This document shows, piece after piece, positions 1 through 13,907 of a stretch of 64,000 nucleotides of DNA. The first letter of the stretch is position 1, and the number at the start of each line of letters is the position of its first letter. A program made the translations under genes and the position numbers. Below the pieces are notes generated by a model. That model did not search any database, was not told where the DNA came from, and saw only the letters and a list, made by a program, of their open reading frames with translations. Source of the DNA: Marsupella aquatica (Eukaryota > Plantae > Marchantiophyta); assembly GCA_973895155.1 (NCBI GenBank), contig OZ316894.1:7588234-7652233 (forward strand), written 5' to 3'.

Positions 1-1082
1 AAGTCTCAATATTGGATTTAAAAGACACTAATGTTCTTCCAAAAATTATAAAGTATTCACTTAAAACTAATAAAATAACCTTATGTTTTGTCACACATGA
101 TGTCACACATGATGTCTTGATTTGTGGAAGTGAATCCCCCCAAGGTGTGATTGGTATGTAGGCATGTGGTATGATACATTCTGGTGGTTCATTGTGTGAT
201 GGCAAGGTCACTTGTTTGCTTCTAGCTACCCTAGTCTATTTGGTTCTTTGGCTTTCTGGGTTTTCCCCTTGTTTTCTCCTCTTTATTGGGTCTCTTGCCT
301 TTGGGATCCTATCTGGCTATTTGATTTGGCCCTTAAGTTTGGTATTGCAAATAAAAAAAGCAACAACATATGGTGTATTGGCTAAGTGGCAAATGCCTGT
401 GCACATTGAGCTTATTTACCATACCACGTTAAGCTTGTTTTCCATACCGTCAACAAACCCAATAAACTATTCTTTTATATCATGCAGTTCAGTGAGTGTT
501 CTTCCTTCTATGTACCCAGCTCTTGCTGCTTTTTGAATTTTGATGGGCCGGTACCATGACACCTTTTCGTTCGTAGGCATATATGTGGGTTGATCTGCCT
601 CATCAATCATGCACAATGGCATCTCATCATGACGGTGCCGGTCTCATACTGGCTGAAGAGAAAGTTACCGTCTCAGCCTCTCAGGTCATCAGGTGTGTAT
701 AGTCACGTAGGGGCGGCTAATAAGTTAGAGTAAAGATCTGAAAAGTTGGTCAATGATTGAGAGTCGAGAGCAGTGTATTCGTGTTGGGCTCTTTGACTTC
801 CTTCTTACGAGGATTCGGAATGAATTTGTTAACAAATCAAAGCGCTGCAGAATGTGTGTGCAACGAGTACACTCAACAGGTGAAGCTGAGTGCACTTCAT
901 CTGAAGTCAATCCCCACCTCCTCGTGACGAACTTTAGCTGCTTGAGTACTCCACTCTCGCTCTCACCTGGAAGAATCATGAGCCTTATCCCAACTCAATT
1001 TGAGCAATGTGCTGTACTTGCAGGAGACGTGGGGTCCAAATTCCGTGTTCTCCATTTTGCCATTCTTCCATTTCGCAATTAA

Positions 1083-1632
1083 GGAGGACTTTACAAGAAG
1101 TCCGGGGCACTTGGGAGTTTTTTTCACCAAAGCAAACTGGAGGGCCATTGCAGACACTAGTGTCCAGGGGCTAAAAGCATTTTTTGAATCCTTTTATTGC
1201 CCCAAAGGTCTTGTAAAGCCAAGAGCAGCCAATGGTGCCAAATTAATTTACTAAAAGATGGATTGAGGACCCACTCCACCTGAATGTCACCTAACCTTTG
1301 ACGAAAGTCTTTCTACATGTGAAAAGAGAAGATGTTATCAAGGACTTGTGGGTCCCTTTTTCATGCAAATGACTTAAAGTAGAAATGGACCAAGAGGCCA
1401 TAAGACAAGACCACCAAGAGAGGTGGTCTAAATTCTAGGACAAAAGAGTGCTCCACATAAGCAAATATTGGGCCCACTACATTCCATGTAGGATTGGTAA
1501 CAGGTTAGGTTGAAAGTGCCTCCAACGTTTTGTAAAGTGAACAGCAGCAGTTTCTCCCAAATGGATGGCCCTGATCATATCTTGGAGTAAAAAAAAAGTG
1601 GAAACTGCCCCAAACGTCTTGTAAAGCCACCC
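1083..1632. mobile_element. Tourist-like (PIF/Harbinger) MITE
   Basis: Imperfect TIRs: GGAGGACTTTACAAGA at left, reverse complement GGGTGGCTTTACAAGA at right. TAA on both flanks (1080-1082, 1633-1635). Internal 'gtggtggtctaaattctag' is shared with the copy at 51572-51901. Confidence 0.65.
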
Positions 1633-1849
1633 TAAGTTCCAGCCGTTGTTGAGCTGAGAACCTTACTTCTGCAAGACCTGAATATTCTGATTTAATCTAT
1701 CTCATCCATTTCTTTCTGTGAGTTGAAAAGCTCAGATTGTGAGGGTTTAGCCTCTTTTGCCTACTGTAGTTGCTTTAGGTGTTTGTTGGATACAAGGCAG
1801 CTTAATATTCAAGTTTTTCACCAAGGTCGGCTAATGCTATTGTGACTGA

Positions 1850-1960
1850 GAATATGCTAGGAATATTTATTTTCTAGTTTTCCTGGATTAATTTCTGACC
1901 ATAAGATCTCCCTAAATTTAAGGCAACCGTCAGATTCTGTCCAATGGGGTATGTGGCAAA
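1850..1960. repeat. Dispersed repeat, related to the reverse complement of ~41810-41910
   Basis: 'ctaggaatattt...tgaccat..gat.tccctaaatttaagg...agattct...aatgggg' recurs inverted at ~41.8 kb. Confidence 0.55.
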
Positions 1961-3335
1961 GGTGGGAAAACTGGATAATGAGGACAAAAAACTTAGCTAA
2001 TTTTTTCCACTAAAAAATCATAGCCAAGAATTCCAGGGAGGTGAAAATACTGAATTGTTTCCACTAAAAAAACATAGCAAATAATTGTCAGGGAGATTAA
2101 ATCTGAATTTTTGCCCCTAAGAAAACAAACTAGGTGGGACCTAAATTCTGCTCCCTCCAATCATGCAAACTAAATTCACGTTCAGCCATTGTGAGCTGAC
2201 AACCTTTCTGTTGCAAAAACTGATATAATTAAATTTTACTCCCCCTGGTTCAATGAAGGGCTCAGATTGTGAGAGTCCAGATCTTTATGTCTACTGTAGT
2301 TTCTAGGGGTGTTGTTTTAAATGCCATGCATTGTAACAATTTTAAGAAGCTGGGCTTCCTTCTTGCACCAGGCTTTCTTTTTGGTGGGAGTCGAGAACCT
2401 TCCCTATTTTGGCTAAAATTTTCCAGGTTTGAGATTTCTTTAGCCAGTCTCACAAAGTCACAGGGCCTACTAGTCACAATCTGACAGCTCTCCTTAAATC
2501 TAGGTATAAAATAAATGTTGGAAATTTAAATAGAGAATATTCTTGGCATCTCTTTGCTTTACATAAAATAACATTAGCCACCATATATGGCCTTCAAGTA
2601 CAAAACCCTTACAATAACAAAACCCTTAAACTACCCTGTCTCGCACCCATCCTCAATTTTGCTGCATTTCAGGTATTATTTTGATGGTTTGAACAGCCTT
2701 CCTTTGAATACATCCTGGTGGGTTATTTAGCAATAGGATTTGAATTTTCTCTCTACATATAATCAAGTCTACCTCATGCAACATGATCAGAGTCACTTCT
2801 TGGGGGCATATTTTGTTCTTACACATGTGGGAAGCCTAGTGAGGACAAGGGGTCGATCTTCTTTAATTTGGTGTATTATGTGGAGAGAGACAAAAAAAAT
2901 TATTCATGCTACTATATATCAAGGGCGCTACAGCCCAAGCCTTCTCTAGGATTTTGATACAGGTGAGGTAGGAGGTGGTGCTTGATTTTGCCTTGTACTT
3001 GACCCTAGGGATTACTCCTTAATCTTACCATGGTACAAGATGACATGTGTACGTTTGCAAATGTTGTGATGGCCAAAACCTCTGTGTACCAATCATTAAG
3101 ATAGCGGCATCAGGCGCAAAGGACAGCAACAATGGCAGCAAAGGCAAAGAAAAAGGCAAAGAAAATAAGTATGTAGCACAAGGGTCATCAAATAGCTTGC
3201 CATGATTGAGATGTTGGGATGCTTCTTCATCAGTTGGATAGGCTCCTTGGGCAGCTCAAGACACTCAATCTCAGGACACTTATGCTACCATTCTCATGAC
3301 ACTCGTGCTACCATTTTCCTGTATTAATTCTCCTA

Positions 3336-4374
3336 GGTATATGCTTGATGGGACCCCTGCCAAAAGAGATTAAGGTGATAGGCCCTTATCAAACTCTTGT
3401 TACAAACTAGGCCCCCGCTGACACTTTTGTGTCAAATGTTATTGTAAAGTTCCAACAAGGAGTTTAAGTTTGATATTATCATCAATAAGAACTACAGTAA
3501 AATTTAGAGTCAAACCAAATTAACTGCATGACAAACTACACGATTGGGGGAACTACGGAGTAGTGGCAGCCGTCCAGCGAACTGCAAGTTCCTAAGTGAA
3601 GACAATATGATTCATGTCTTCAGGTTTGAATTTTTACCAAATTGTGCGTCTTTTGGTTGCTTCACCCAACCTATGCACAAGGTTTGCATAATGTTTTGAA
3701 GTTTCTCTTTGTTTTTTTGTCTGAGTATGGAATGAATCCTTTACATTTGGCCATATATTGGTCCCTATTGCAATGTTAAAATTGTCCAACAGAGATGTTG
3801 TCTTCTCACATCTAGACCCCAAATTTGTCAAAGTATGGAAGGAACTGAGTATCCCTTGTTACAATTTTGAAAAATTGTCTAAGTGTGAAACAAAAATGCC
3901 ATGTAGTCAATCATAACGGGAAAATTTGGCTAGCTTGCAAGAACTAGACTAAATGTTTAAAGTAAATGTTATACAAACCTGCTAACATGTAGCAGTGGAT
4001 CCCCTAGACTTTGTAATCATGTGAAGAGATGATCCATTATGTCTGATCCCCTAGAACTTTAGAATCATGTGAAGGCATATAAGTCATTATGTCTTCAAGC
4101 ATAGACCTACTCCCGGTGGATTGTGACACGGTGTACAATAGATTGCAATGAGAAATGTACGGTTAACCATGCAATTAGGCATCACATAAAAACCATGTGT
4201 ACAGAACCTATGTAAAGTGCCTAGTTTGTAACAACATTAAACCATGTGTACAAAACCTATGTAAAGGGCCTAGTTTGTAACAACATTTTTGTGGGGGGCC
4301 TAATTGTAAAAAAAGTTAATTAAGGGGCCATAAGGTAAATTAGTTTTGACAAGGGTCCCATCAAAACATATACA
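3336..4374. mobile_element. Non-autonomous DNA element with long imperfect TIRs
   Basis: Left end GGTATATGCTTGATGGGACCCCTGCCAAAA; right end reverse complement TGTATATGTTTTGATGGGACCCTTGTCAAAA. TCCTA on both flanks. A related end lies at ~34141-34240. Confidence 0.5.
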
Positions 4375-4384
4375 TCCTAATCAA

Positions 4385-4500
4385 GTCACAGAGAAATCAC
4401 CCAAACCCCAAACACCAGTCAGAGAGAAATCACCCAAACCCCAAACACCGGTCAGAGAGAAATCACGCAAACCCCAAAACACCGGTCAGAGAGAAATCAA
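4385..4500. repeat. ~33-bp tandem repeat, about 3.5 copies
   Basis: Unit approximately cagagagaaatcacccaaaccccaaacaccggt. Confidence 0.85.
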
Positions 4501-5503
4501 CTAAATCAACTCCTAAGGAGCAACCCGGGAATAACAAAAACCAATGTCAGAACATCAGAAACTCATAAATGTGCAGCTAAAAACCTGCAGGACACGACAC
4601 ACAAGCAGAAATAGACTAAAGCCGGGGACCCACTTCAGTCGAAGTGACATTGGTGAGCTTTGACCAAAGACCATGATTCTAAAATGGAGATTGAGAGATT
4701 CTACTAGTAAAAAACTGACGTATCGACTCGTATTGTGAATCAAACAATATCGTTTTGTACTTTCAAACAATATAATAGCTCGGGGAACACATTATAGTAA
4801 GTCCGGGTAGTGATCCAAGACCATCTCTGATCCGTCAGTCATTTAGACACCGCGTGGTGTGCCCAGTGAGTAAGTGAGTGAGTTACAGTGCTCCATTGGG
4901 AAGCGTGAACAGTCTGAGAAGCCGCAATTAGGAGGTCAAGAGTCAAACTCTCTGTCAAACAGTCGAGAGGATCCAATCCATACAAAATTACCGAAGTGGA
5001 AAGGGACTGCAATTGCAGGTCTGAAGCGAATCCGAATGAAAAACAAGCTTCTTACGTCATGGGTTTATCATAAGAAAATCTGATGATGTCACAAGAAGCA
5101 GTATTGGGAGTTTACAAATGTCAATCGCCACCAAAATGTGAGGGAAATTCGTTGAAAAAACTGGTTTACCTTGAAACGAACGCTAAATGCCTTATGGAGA
5201 AATCGTGACGGGCCAGCCAGCGAGAACCAGTGTGGAAGGTTAGTTCTCAGGAGGAGGCAAAATGCAAGTGGATTGTGATCTCGGCCACGCAGGAGTTCAG
5301 TCACTGTGCTTTCCTCCAGCTGCCATTGCAGAGGTTCAAATAAGAAGCATTTCTTTCTGCGTTCACTCTTGTTGCAGACAGGTTCATTGATTGTCGTTTG
5401 ATACTTTGGGAGAGAGAAGGGCTGGTTTTATCATCAGTTGAATCAATCGAGGCGCAACAGTCAAACATTGTCAGGGAGAAGGGCCGGCGATCCTGACGAC
5501 GAT

Positions 5504-6683
5504 ATGGACGACACGGAGGGAGTAGAGGGCATGGGGATACCAGCCCCTGTGGGCTCGGTTTACTGTTTGGCCCATGAGGCACAGCTGACAGTGAAGCACA
5601 AGCTGTTATCACTACCCTGCGGCCGATACAGAATCAAAGATGGGGAGGGAAGTCTTCTGTTTGACGTGAAATGCAAAGACCCCTTCAACTGGCGCAAAAA
5701 GCGAGTCCTGCACGACCAGTCCGGGCAACCTGTGCTTCTCGTGAAGAGCATGGTATGACTCTAGCTCTGCATTCCATCCCAGGGGAGCTGAATGATCGAT
5801 TGTGCTGAAATTGCAGGAATGCAGTTGTTTTAAGGCTTCTTTTGTTCTGTTATTTGGATACTTCTAATGCTGATAGTTAGCCTAAGAAGTAAAACTGTAA
5901 CAGTGGCCGAATTTACATCACAAGTGGGCCGCTTACCGTGGGGACGATGAGATAGACGCCAAACTCCTCTTCACCATTCAAAAGTCAGCTCTCTTTCAGT
6001 TCACACCATCCTTCGATGTTTTTCTCCCCACCAACAAGGACCATTCCAGGCCAGACTTCACTGTGGAAGGGGAGTTTTTCCATACTCTCTACACAGTTCT
6101 CTACAACGGCACACCCATCGCCAAGGTGAAGATCGATAGCCTTTTTCGCTTAAACAGTTATCTTTCCTTCTTGTGATCTTCAGATAAGCGACCATGGTCT
6201 TGCTGGGAAGTGTCACATTTCTATTTTTCGTAGATGATCTTTTGGGTTCTGAAAGCTTCTCGGTTGGCCAATTTCCTCTGTATCGGCGAGTTCCCTGGAA
6301 CCTACTCCAGTAAGAGATTGCACAGATTGGGAACTGTTTAATTACAGGGATTCCGCATCTTGTAAAAGTATTGCTCTTGTTACCAATGGAGGAGAGGGGT
6401 TGCAATTGGAATGAAATGAGTCATTTCTAGTTTTCCATTACGGGATTCTGTGACTATTGCCTTGCGTACATTCCTTCATACTCGGAATGCACCGATGGCT
6501 CGATTCTAGTAAAGGTTTGAGAACTAACTAGCTGGGAATCTTGGTTTGCTATGCTTGAAATTAATGCAGGCAAAGAAGATTTGCTTCTCAACAAAGCATA
6601 TCCTGACAATCTACCCGGGAGCAGATCGCGCTTTCATCTCTGCTCTCGTCATTGTTCTGTGCAGCCAGTGTGGAAGAAAATAA
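5504..6683 (+). CDS. LURP-one-related (LOR / Tubby C-terminal-like) protein; exons 5504-5752, 5904-6125, 6570-6683
   Basis: Spliced translation MDDTEG...PVGSVYCLAHEAQLTVKHK...YRIKDGEGSLLFDVK...KRVLHDQSGQPVLLV / LHHKWAAYRGD...LLFTIQKS...FDVFLPTN...PDFTVEGEF / LTIYPGADRAFISALVIVL* shows the LOR family motifs. Introns are GT-AG, phase 0. Confidence 0.9.
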
Positions 6684-7584
6684 AAATAATGAAGCTAATG
6701 CAAGAGTACTAATGGAGATGGGAAACAAGAAATTGCATCAAACACTCCAAATTGGGTTGCCCTCACTATGACGAAATATTGTCCTCTGTTAAGTTTTCCA
6801 GAGCCAAATGAAGCACCTTGAAGTTTCTGATATTCACTGACACTAGGGTTTGGTATCATTTTCTCTCTAGTGTACTAGGACTTTTTGTACTTCTTGTAAT
6901 AACTTCTAGGGTGAGAGAATATAGATAGAGGTTGGTTTGAAAGTTTGAGAAGCTCGGGATAGATTTTAGTCAGTAGACCCTTTTAACTTCACAACAAAAC
7001 TGTAAGTTGTACATATTGTTTTGTGATATATTATTATATATGAGTGAACTTGATTGAAACTTGCAGTCAATTTGCGACTTGGTTCAATTTAAAGGGTCAT
7101 TCTCAGCTTGACGGTTCTGTTTGTTTGGGAGGGGTTTGTAGAACATCGGTGGGATCTATGTTGGGCTGGAGCTTTAAAGTAAATTTGAATTTGCTAGAGA
7201 CAGTGTATGTAAACCATTATAGCAATTCAAGCAGAACCGCGGCAAAGGAGTAGAAGCTGACCATACATTCCTTCTGTGATTACTATCATCACGAGGCTTT
7301 CCTGAACAAGAACCCATAAAGACGGCAATCGCCCTCACCCTGAAAAATAGGCTCTGTGGAGTTTTTAGAGTGTATGTATTGTCAAAATTAATATGAAATC
7401 TGCTCCTGAATCCGAGAGAATTACAATCTGTTAATGCAAATCATAGTTGAAACAATCGAGAACGACCTCTGCTTCATGGGAGTCCTATGATCTACACTTT
7501 CAGGAAAGCAATATTACATTATTCGTATCCACGTGAGACCTGTGGGCCCCTCAATAGAATAACCTTCCGGTTGCGGGATGAGTT

Positions 7585-7737
7585 GAGTCACCATAGTGCC
7601 TTTCCAGACCAATCTGATTGCAAACATACTCTTGGCCTGATCTACCAACCCCGTTAAGAGATTGGTTTGAGTCACCGTAGAGCCATTCCCGACCAATCTG
7701 AAAGCACAAACTCTCTCGTCCTGATCTACCAACCCAC
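7585..7737. repeat. Diverged tandem duplication, ~84-bp period
   Basis: gagtcacc.tag.gcc.ttcc.gaccaatctga..gca.a.a.actct...cctgatctaccaaccc occurs twice. Confidence 0.75.
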
Positions 7738-10714
7738 GCAGGCAATGCTGCTGATCGCGACCTAAGCTTGATGAATCTTTTTAGTTGTCTTTCAATTCAA
7801 GTTTCTGTTTTTGCCTATGTATAAAATTTGTATTGGAAAACATGGAGTTCACTCTTTCTAATGTATTTAGTAAAGTTCTATTTACAGGGCATTGTGTCCT
7901 ATAATGCGCCGGACAACCAGAGCTTCGCATCGAGTATCGAGTTTTAAGGGGCTATTATTGCCCATAATGCTCTAGCGACATGACCTTAATACGCTTGAAT
8001 GCACGAGAGATTTTTATATTTAGTACTTCTGAAAATCGACTAGAATTTTTGAAAATGAGCTAATCCAAATCTTTGCTGTGTATTCTTCCAAGTATGCCCT
8101 AAAAATACATGAGAATGAAAATACATAGAGAAAATAAAATAGCTAAGGGCATTAAGGTGAAGAATTCACCATTGCAGCCATCGCTATGATTTACACGTGC
8201 GCTGCTTTCAAATCGTCACTCACACCTTCCGCCTTCTTTTGGGAGGTAACCCTTGCATTTTCAGATTGGCTCCAGGAGCCATTTTTGCTTTTTATTCTGT
8301 TGTCCAGAACGCCAAATTGGGACAGAGACTTACAGGTTTGGGACGGCCGTGGTAAGATGTTTGAAGAAGACGAACTCGGGCTTCATGAGCTTCCCCTGAT
8401 AGTCAGTAAAATGCTTCAGAACATTTTCTTCGGTCCAACTCCCTTTCTCTCAACACCCGAGTAAACTCCAAATTCACAACTGGTCTAAACAGAGTTCAAT
8501 GTGCAACAGCTCTAACAGCAAATTGTCACTTTAAAAAACATTTCTATCTGCTGTTTCTGACTCTCTTTCGGGGCAATCTCCAGTGGCAGTATGATCGGTT
8601 CCTTCAGGGCTTTTGACAAGTTATCATGTAGGTCTAACTACGGAATTCGAGGACAGTCCCAGCTGCCCAAAGACATTTCGCAAACGTTGATGATATTAAT
8701 GGAGAGAAAAAGGACCAATGTTGATGAAGTTAACGGTTCCGCAAGCCATGTACAGTAAATATCCCTGTGAATGAAGGACACATGCGTTTCAGCTACAGCA
8801 CAGTACCTGCTGCACAGGAAACTACAGTCCACAGCTACAAGATCAGATATGCCTGCCTAGTTAAAGCTGTCCCGAGATTCATGCTGGGTAAGTATTGCGA
8901 TGGGCGGTTTGCTCGCTGTCTTCCCCACATGATTTGGCATCGTCATGCAGCGACAATGCGTCGCTGTTGCATTGGCCGCCAGGGAAGACACGACATGGCC
9001 ATTTTGTCCGGGTACACACGACGCAAGAGCGTTTGCTACTCTTGGTCCTCTCTGAGGAGCTCAAAGTGGTACGGTCGTACTGTATCGAGAGCGCACATAG
9101 TCACATACAGCGCAGCTGCAGGGCCGCACAAAAAGTTGCAGAAGCCACCTACCAGGCCCCCTCGTGCTCTTGCTGGTAGAGCCGCTTTCGCTTCGGTGCT
9201 TCAGGTTGCCTCGTCCCAACAACCGCATCCCCCACTCTCTTGGCCCTCGTGCTGCCATCTCTTTCCCAGCACGACAAGCTCAACGGAGAGAATGGGATCT
9301 AGATGGATCTCCTGTTCTCCCAGGCCTACTCTTTTCCGCCGTTACCGGCCAGAGCTTGCTGGATGCGTAGTATCGCTTGCTCGTTGGCATTCCCAGATCC
9401 TTGATAGGTTTGGGTTCCCCCTACCCTTGCTATGAGCACCTAGCTCCAGTCAACGGCAGCAACAAAAAACAAACTATCTCCACTGTGAACAGAGAGACTG
9501 ATCTTCAACTGGAAGTGAGAACTCTGGAATACTGGCTGGGATAAAGTATTGTTCACCTTAGGAAAGGACTGAGTGGTGTACACCGTGACACAATATGCAT
9601 GACTTTCCGTCCTCGTGGACGCCTGACTCTTCAAGAATGCAGTCATTGTTGCATCTTTTAGAATCTAGGTGCGGCCGATGTGTTCCTGAACCACCGGATT
9701 GCACTGTCAAACAAAATTCATGGTCTTCTTAAAATAATTTGTCTTTGTCTTACTTTTAATTCACATATAACCAACTCCTGGATAAACTTTTTTCGGAGGA
9801 GGTTTAGCGACGAGAGCCGAAGAAACCGGGAAACTGGACCATTTTTGACCCGCAGATTCGGTCCACAGGGTTCTTGCTTGCTTTGAGAGGCATCCCTAAT
9901 GAAGTAGCCTAAAAATTGCCCTTGCAAAAGAGGTTCATTAGATTTTGTGATTGACTTCAACGAAGTGTATATAACTCTAGTGGAATGGAATGAAGGTACA
10001 TTCCTGTCAGGTCCCTGGACATTTAGCATCCTACGCTCTTGCAGAGTCTTCAACTCTCGCACATATCTAAAGCTTTTGCAGGAAGACTGGACTCTCAGGA
10101 CGTACATAGCACCTTGTTCGTGGCACCAGATCAAAGCATCCCCAGACACGATCATTGCTCTGTTCTGAACATTCAACATCCTTTTGTCAGTGAGTACTCT
10201 GAATTCTGCTTTTCCTCCTTCACAAATGTATACTAAATAATCCTTCAATCAGTCACTCCGTCAGGATGTGTAGCGCCTGGACGTTCACAACATTCATTTG
10301 GTCTTAGGCAAAATGGCCTATAGGTTGTAGCCCTGGATAGGAGCCCGTACATGTGGTGATGATAACACAGAAGTCCCATATATCGTTGTACAGGAATACC
10401 CAGTCTCATAATTGTGGATAGAGCACATCATAGGACAATTTGGAGTCCTAGGCAGTGTGACCGACGGCATTTTTTAAACATCATTGCTAGTGTGAGGATA
10501 TGAGTTTCGAGTCCCCTCTATACATTTGGAACTTACACTCATCGCCACATCTCTGAGACGTTCCGAATGAGTAGAAGGGATGAAATGCAGTTCCATGAAG
10601 GCTCACTGCCTGTGGTGGTAGTCTAATTCACTATCAACTGTTTTAACTCGCTTTGAAGGCTACAATCGGAGGTGTATGATGTAAGATTTCGAGCTAACGT
10701 GATGCGGTTGTTGA

Positions 10715-12293
10715 ATGTGTTGCCATCACAACGCAGTGGCGTCAGAAGGAGTGAAGTTCCCTGCGACGATCAGCCCGCCAGCGTCGAGCAAATCTCTCAC
10801 TCTAATCGGCAATGGTAATATGCTCTGCCTTTCGTTTAGGCGCACTATGACATCTCTCTTCGATCTGCATCATTTCCGGTTGCAACAGTTTCAGTGGCTG
10901 GATTCCTCAATAGCTCTAGCTTTGGAATTATCGGAGAACTGTGAACGATGGTATTCGAAAGTTACTTTAGAATATTATCGTTGTGAAGGCTGGTCATTCA
11001 TTTGAAGACGAACTGTAGATATGATGGGGAATGACTACAGCTAACCCAATTAGTGAGTCGATCAGGAACTATCTCAATTTTCTCTCATGTTGTTTTCGTG
11101 CTTCATTACTGTCGTTGCATTGCAGGCGTCACAGATATGACTATAGAAACCATTTTAGTGAAGTTCTCGTCCATAGCTGTGTACGTTGAACCAGAGATGG
11201 CGAAGCATCTGCAAGCTTGGAAAGGCAAGCCGACTTCTGAGCTTGTCGCAATGGGCAGTTCCTACTTTTCTGACTTCGTCGACGGTACCGAGCAATCTTA
11301 TTCCCTTGAAGTTTTTATGATCATTGATGTCTATATTTTGCACTAGAAAACCTGACCTGCCCACTTGCTAGAAATGAGACTTTCGATACTTAACTGGAGG
11401 TTTGTCTGTGCAATTGCAGCTCCTGTACAAAAGCTAGTAATAGTCAGGATCGTCAAGGGAATTCGCGGGTCCGCATATGCAGGTGGGTTGGAGTCCTCCA
11501 TACGTGACCGGCTTGCATACGATGATAAGTACGAGGAAGAAGAAGAGGAAAATCTGGAAGAGTTAGTGAAGTATATAAGCACCCATAATCTACCGGTCGG
11601 CTCCAGTATTTACTTCCATTGGCCCTCCCCCTCTGTCGTCCAGGTTCGCTTTCGTACCTTCTCCTAATTTCAATTGCATGGTTCTTTGAATCCATCAAAT
11701 CCTTTCCCCGATAGGAAATCTTTCACTCTAGGACTGTCCAGTGATCTGGGGTGATGAAAACTACAACTAAATTATGTGGTAGTCCTCTAATTCGCGTATC
11801 CTTCGCCCCGAATGTACTTCTGCATGTCAGTTTGCGATATTTAAATGTCGACAAGTTCCCCCTTTCCGCACGCGACCTGATTCGCCACTTTGGAAGGTCA
11901 TTTTGTCGCTCTACAATACTCAATTTAAAACAGGAACCCTCAATCTCCCCAACTGCGTCGTCGTCATGAAACAATGATAACTAGTTGTGCAAGTCGGCAA
12001 TCTGAGAAGCCAAAGTTGCCTCGTGTCTAACTACTCTATTATGCTTTAGAGCTTGCGAATAATGTCACTGCGGATAATTAGTACATTTGGTTTTCTGTCA
12101 GAACTTGACGCTAATCTTGGACGTCTGGCATTGGCAGGTGACTGTTTCTCCTGATGAATCGATTCCTTCGCAATCCGGTAACTCAACTGAAAACGAAAAT
12201 ATCGCCAAGTTTCTTCTACACTGGCTGATCGGTGAGAATGCTGTCTCAGAATCGACTGCCTTGTCCACCGCAGAGGGAGTTGCTGCCTTGTGA
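10715..12293 (+). CDS. CHIL: Chalcone isomerase-like protein (type IV CHI-fold); exons ~10715/10737-10814, 11126-11284, 11420-11643, 12138-12293; true start uncertain (possible micro first exon)
   Basis: EGVKFPATISPP...LTLIGNG|VTDMTIETILVKFSSIAVYVEP...HLQAWKGK...|APVQKLV...IRDRLAYDDKYEEEEEENLEELV...|...ENENIAKFLLHWLIGENAVSEST. The RDRLA-DKYEEEEE segment and Thr in place of the catalytic Arg of true CHI are CHIL hallmarks. Intron phases are consistent. Confidence 0.92.
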
Positions 12294-13907
12294 GGAGTTT
12301 GTTTTAATCCCCTCTAAAACTGACGGTTCGGCCTTCAATTTTAAGAACGTAGTCATCAGCTTTAGCTCACATTGATACGATACATGTAATGAACGAGAAT
12401 GTTCGAGGGACAAATTTTCCTCATCCAAATGTAATGCCTGTAGTTGTTACACAAGGCCACTATAAGGACGATTTTCGAGGGACAGACGTTTTATGAAGGG
12501 TTTGTAGTGCCTATCAACGTTTTGCGGATTCAGCTAATTTCAGTTCTAGTGTAGGAATGTAGGATTATCTGAAGTGCTCGTCATCGCTAAGCACAGTACT
12601 AAAATTAAGGATACTAAACTGTAGATAAATTCAGTAAGAAACTGCAAACACTTGGAGAAAGCTGTTCCCATTCATACCAATTATGGTAATACTTTATTGT
12701 TAAGAAAGAAAAACTGAAGCTACGACGTTTCGGAGATTGCTAGGCTGAATGTTTGTAACATTTCCTAGACTTTGCTTGCTTTTGATTTTCGTTACCTGAA
12801 TGTATTTTTTCACATCTTGACCATCATGTGCAAGAAATGCGTCAATTGCTGAAGATTTGAAGACTGACACTAGGAACGTAACAGAAAGAGCACTTGAGTG
12901 AGAACAATCTTACGCATGTATATCCCAGCACCAAGTGATCTGCATAATGTTTTTGTATTCCAACAACACATAGTAATACCCAACGCTACTTCAATCAAGG
13001 AATCTATCTCCTGCTAAATTGGAACCTGGTGCATTATCACGAAATCTGCCAATTATCCTTAAGTGAAATAGTTTGAAAATGAGTATACTATCATTCGATT
13101 TCAAAATCCTTCTGAAATCATTAATGTTTAGCCAAATATGATCAATATTGCGCAGCGCTAAGAAGGACAGAGAAATCTCATCGCCTTCTTCAATACGCTG
13201 AAAAATTCTGCTATATCAAAAATGAACTTGGATTAAAACTATATTTACTTTATCAAAAAGTAATCACAACCTCCACTAACAACAGATTGAGTGCAAAGTG
13301 CCACTATTCCATCAATGTTGATTCTATGTTAAAGAATGTTTGAAAAACATACAAATGAACTGAAGCATTCTTCTCTGTTATTCAAATTACTGCCCGTACA
13401 CGGTTATTCTGTATAGAACAAGCTCTCGAGCTTTTTCACAAGAACAACACTCAAACTCGGCACCAAATATTCTCGTCTTCTTCGGGTGGCTCATTTTCGA
13501 ATAAAATAGAGGCAAGAAAACTACCTCAAGACACTTCGAGCCCTAAGGAAAATCGCAGGTCAAATATGTGGAAAACACGGAAATCTCAGTCCCAAATCCA
13601 ATATCTTCCAAAAAATTTCCTTAAATCTCCATTTTATATACTTGAAATCTCCGCCGTTTCCCACGACCACTATACAAGAATAAACTTACCAAAATCTGTA
13701 CACATTTGATACAAGGGCAATTGCTCCTTCCCTATATGATAAACTTGGATCAGAGACAAGGATCTCGACGGATGTTCAGTCTCCTAATACCTGCTATTGT
13801 ATGGGCAATGAACGAGCAGAGGTTCAACCAATGAACCTTACGTCACATATAGGAATACTACCCATTCCAATTGTGATTCATAATGTACAGCCATGAATAA
13901 ATTGCAC

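Noticed and set aside
8767-9435. 222-aa ORF and overlapping ORFs in a GC-rich patch
   Set aside because: No recognisable domain or consistent splice structure in any frame; possibly a decayed sequence.
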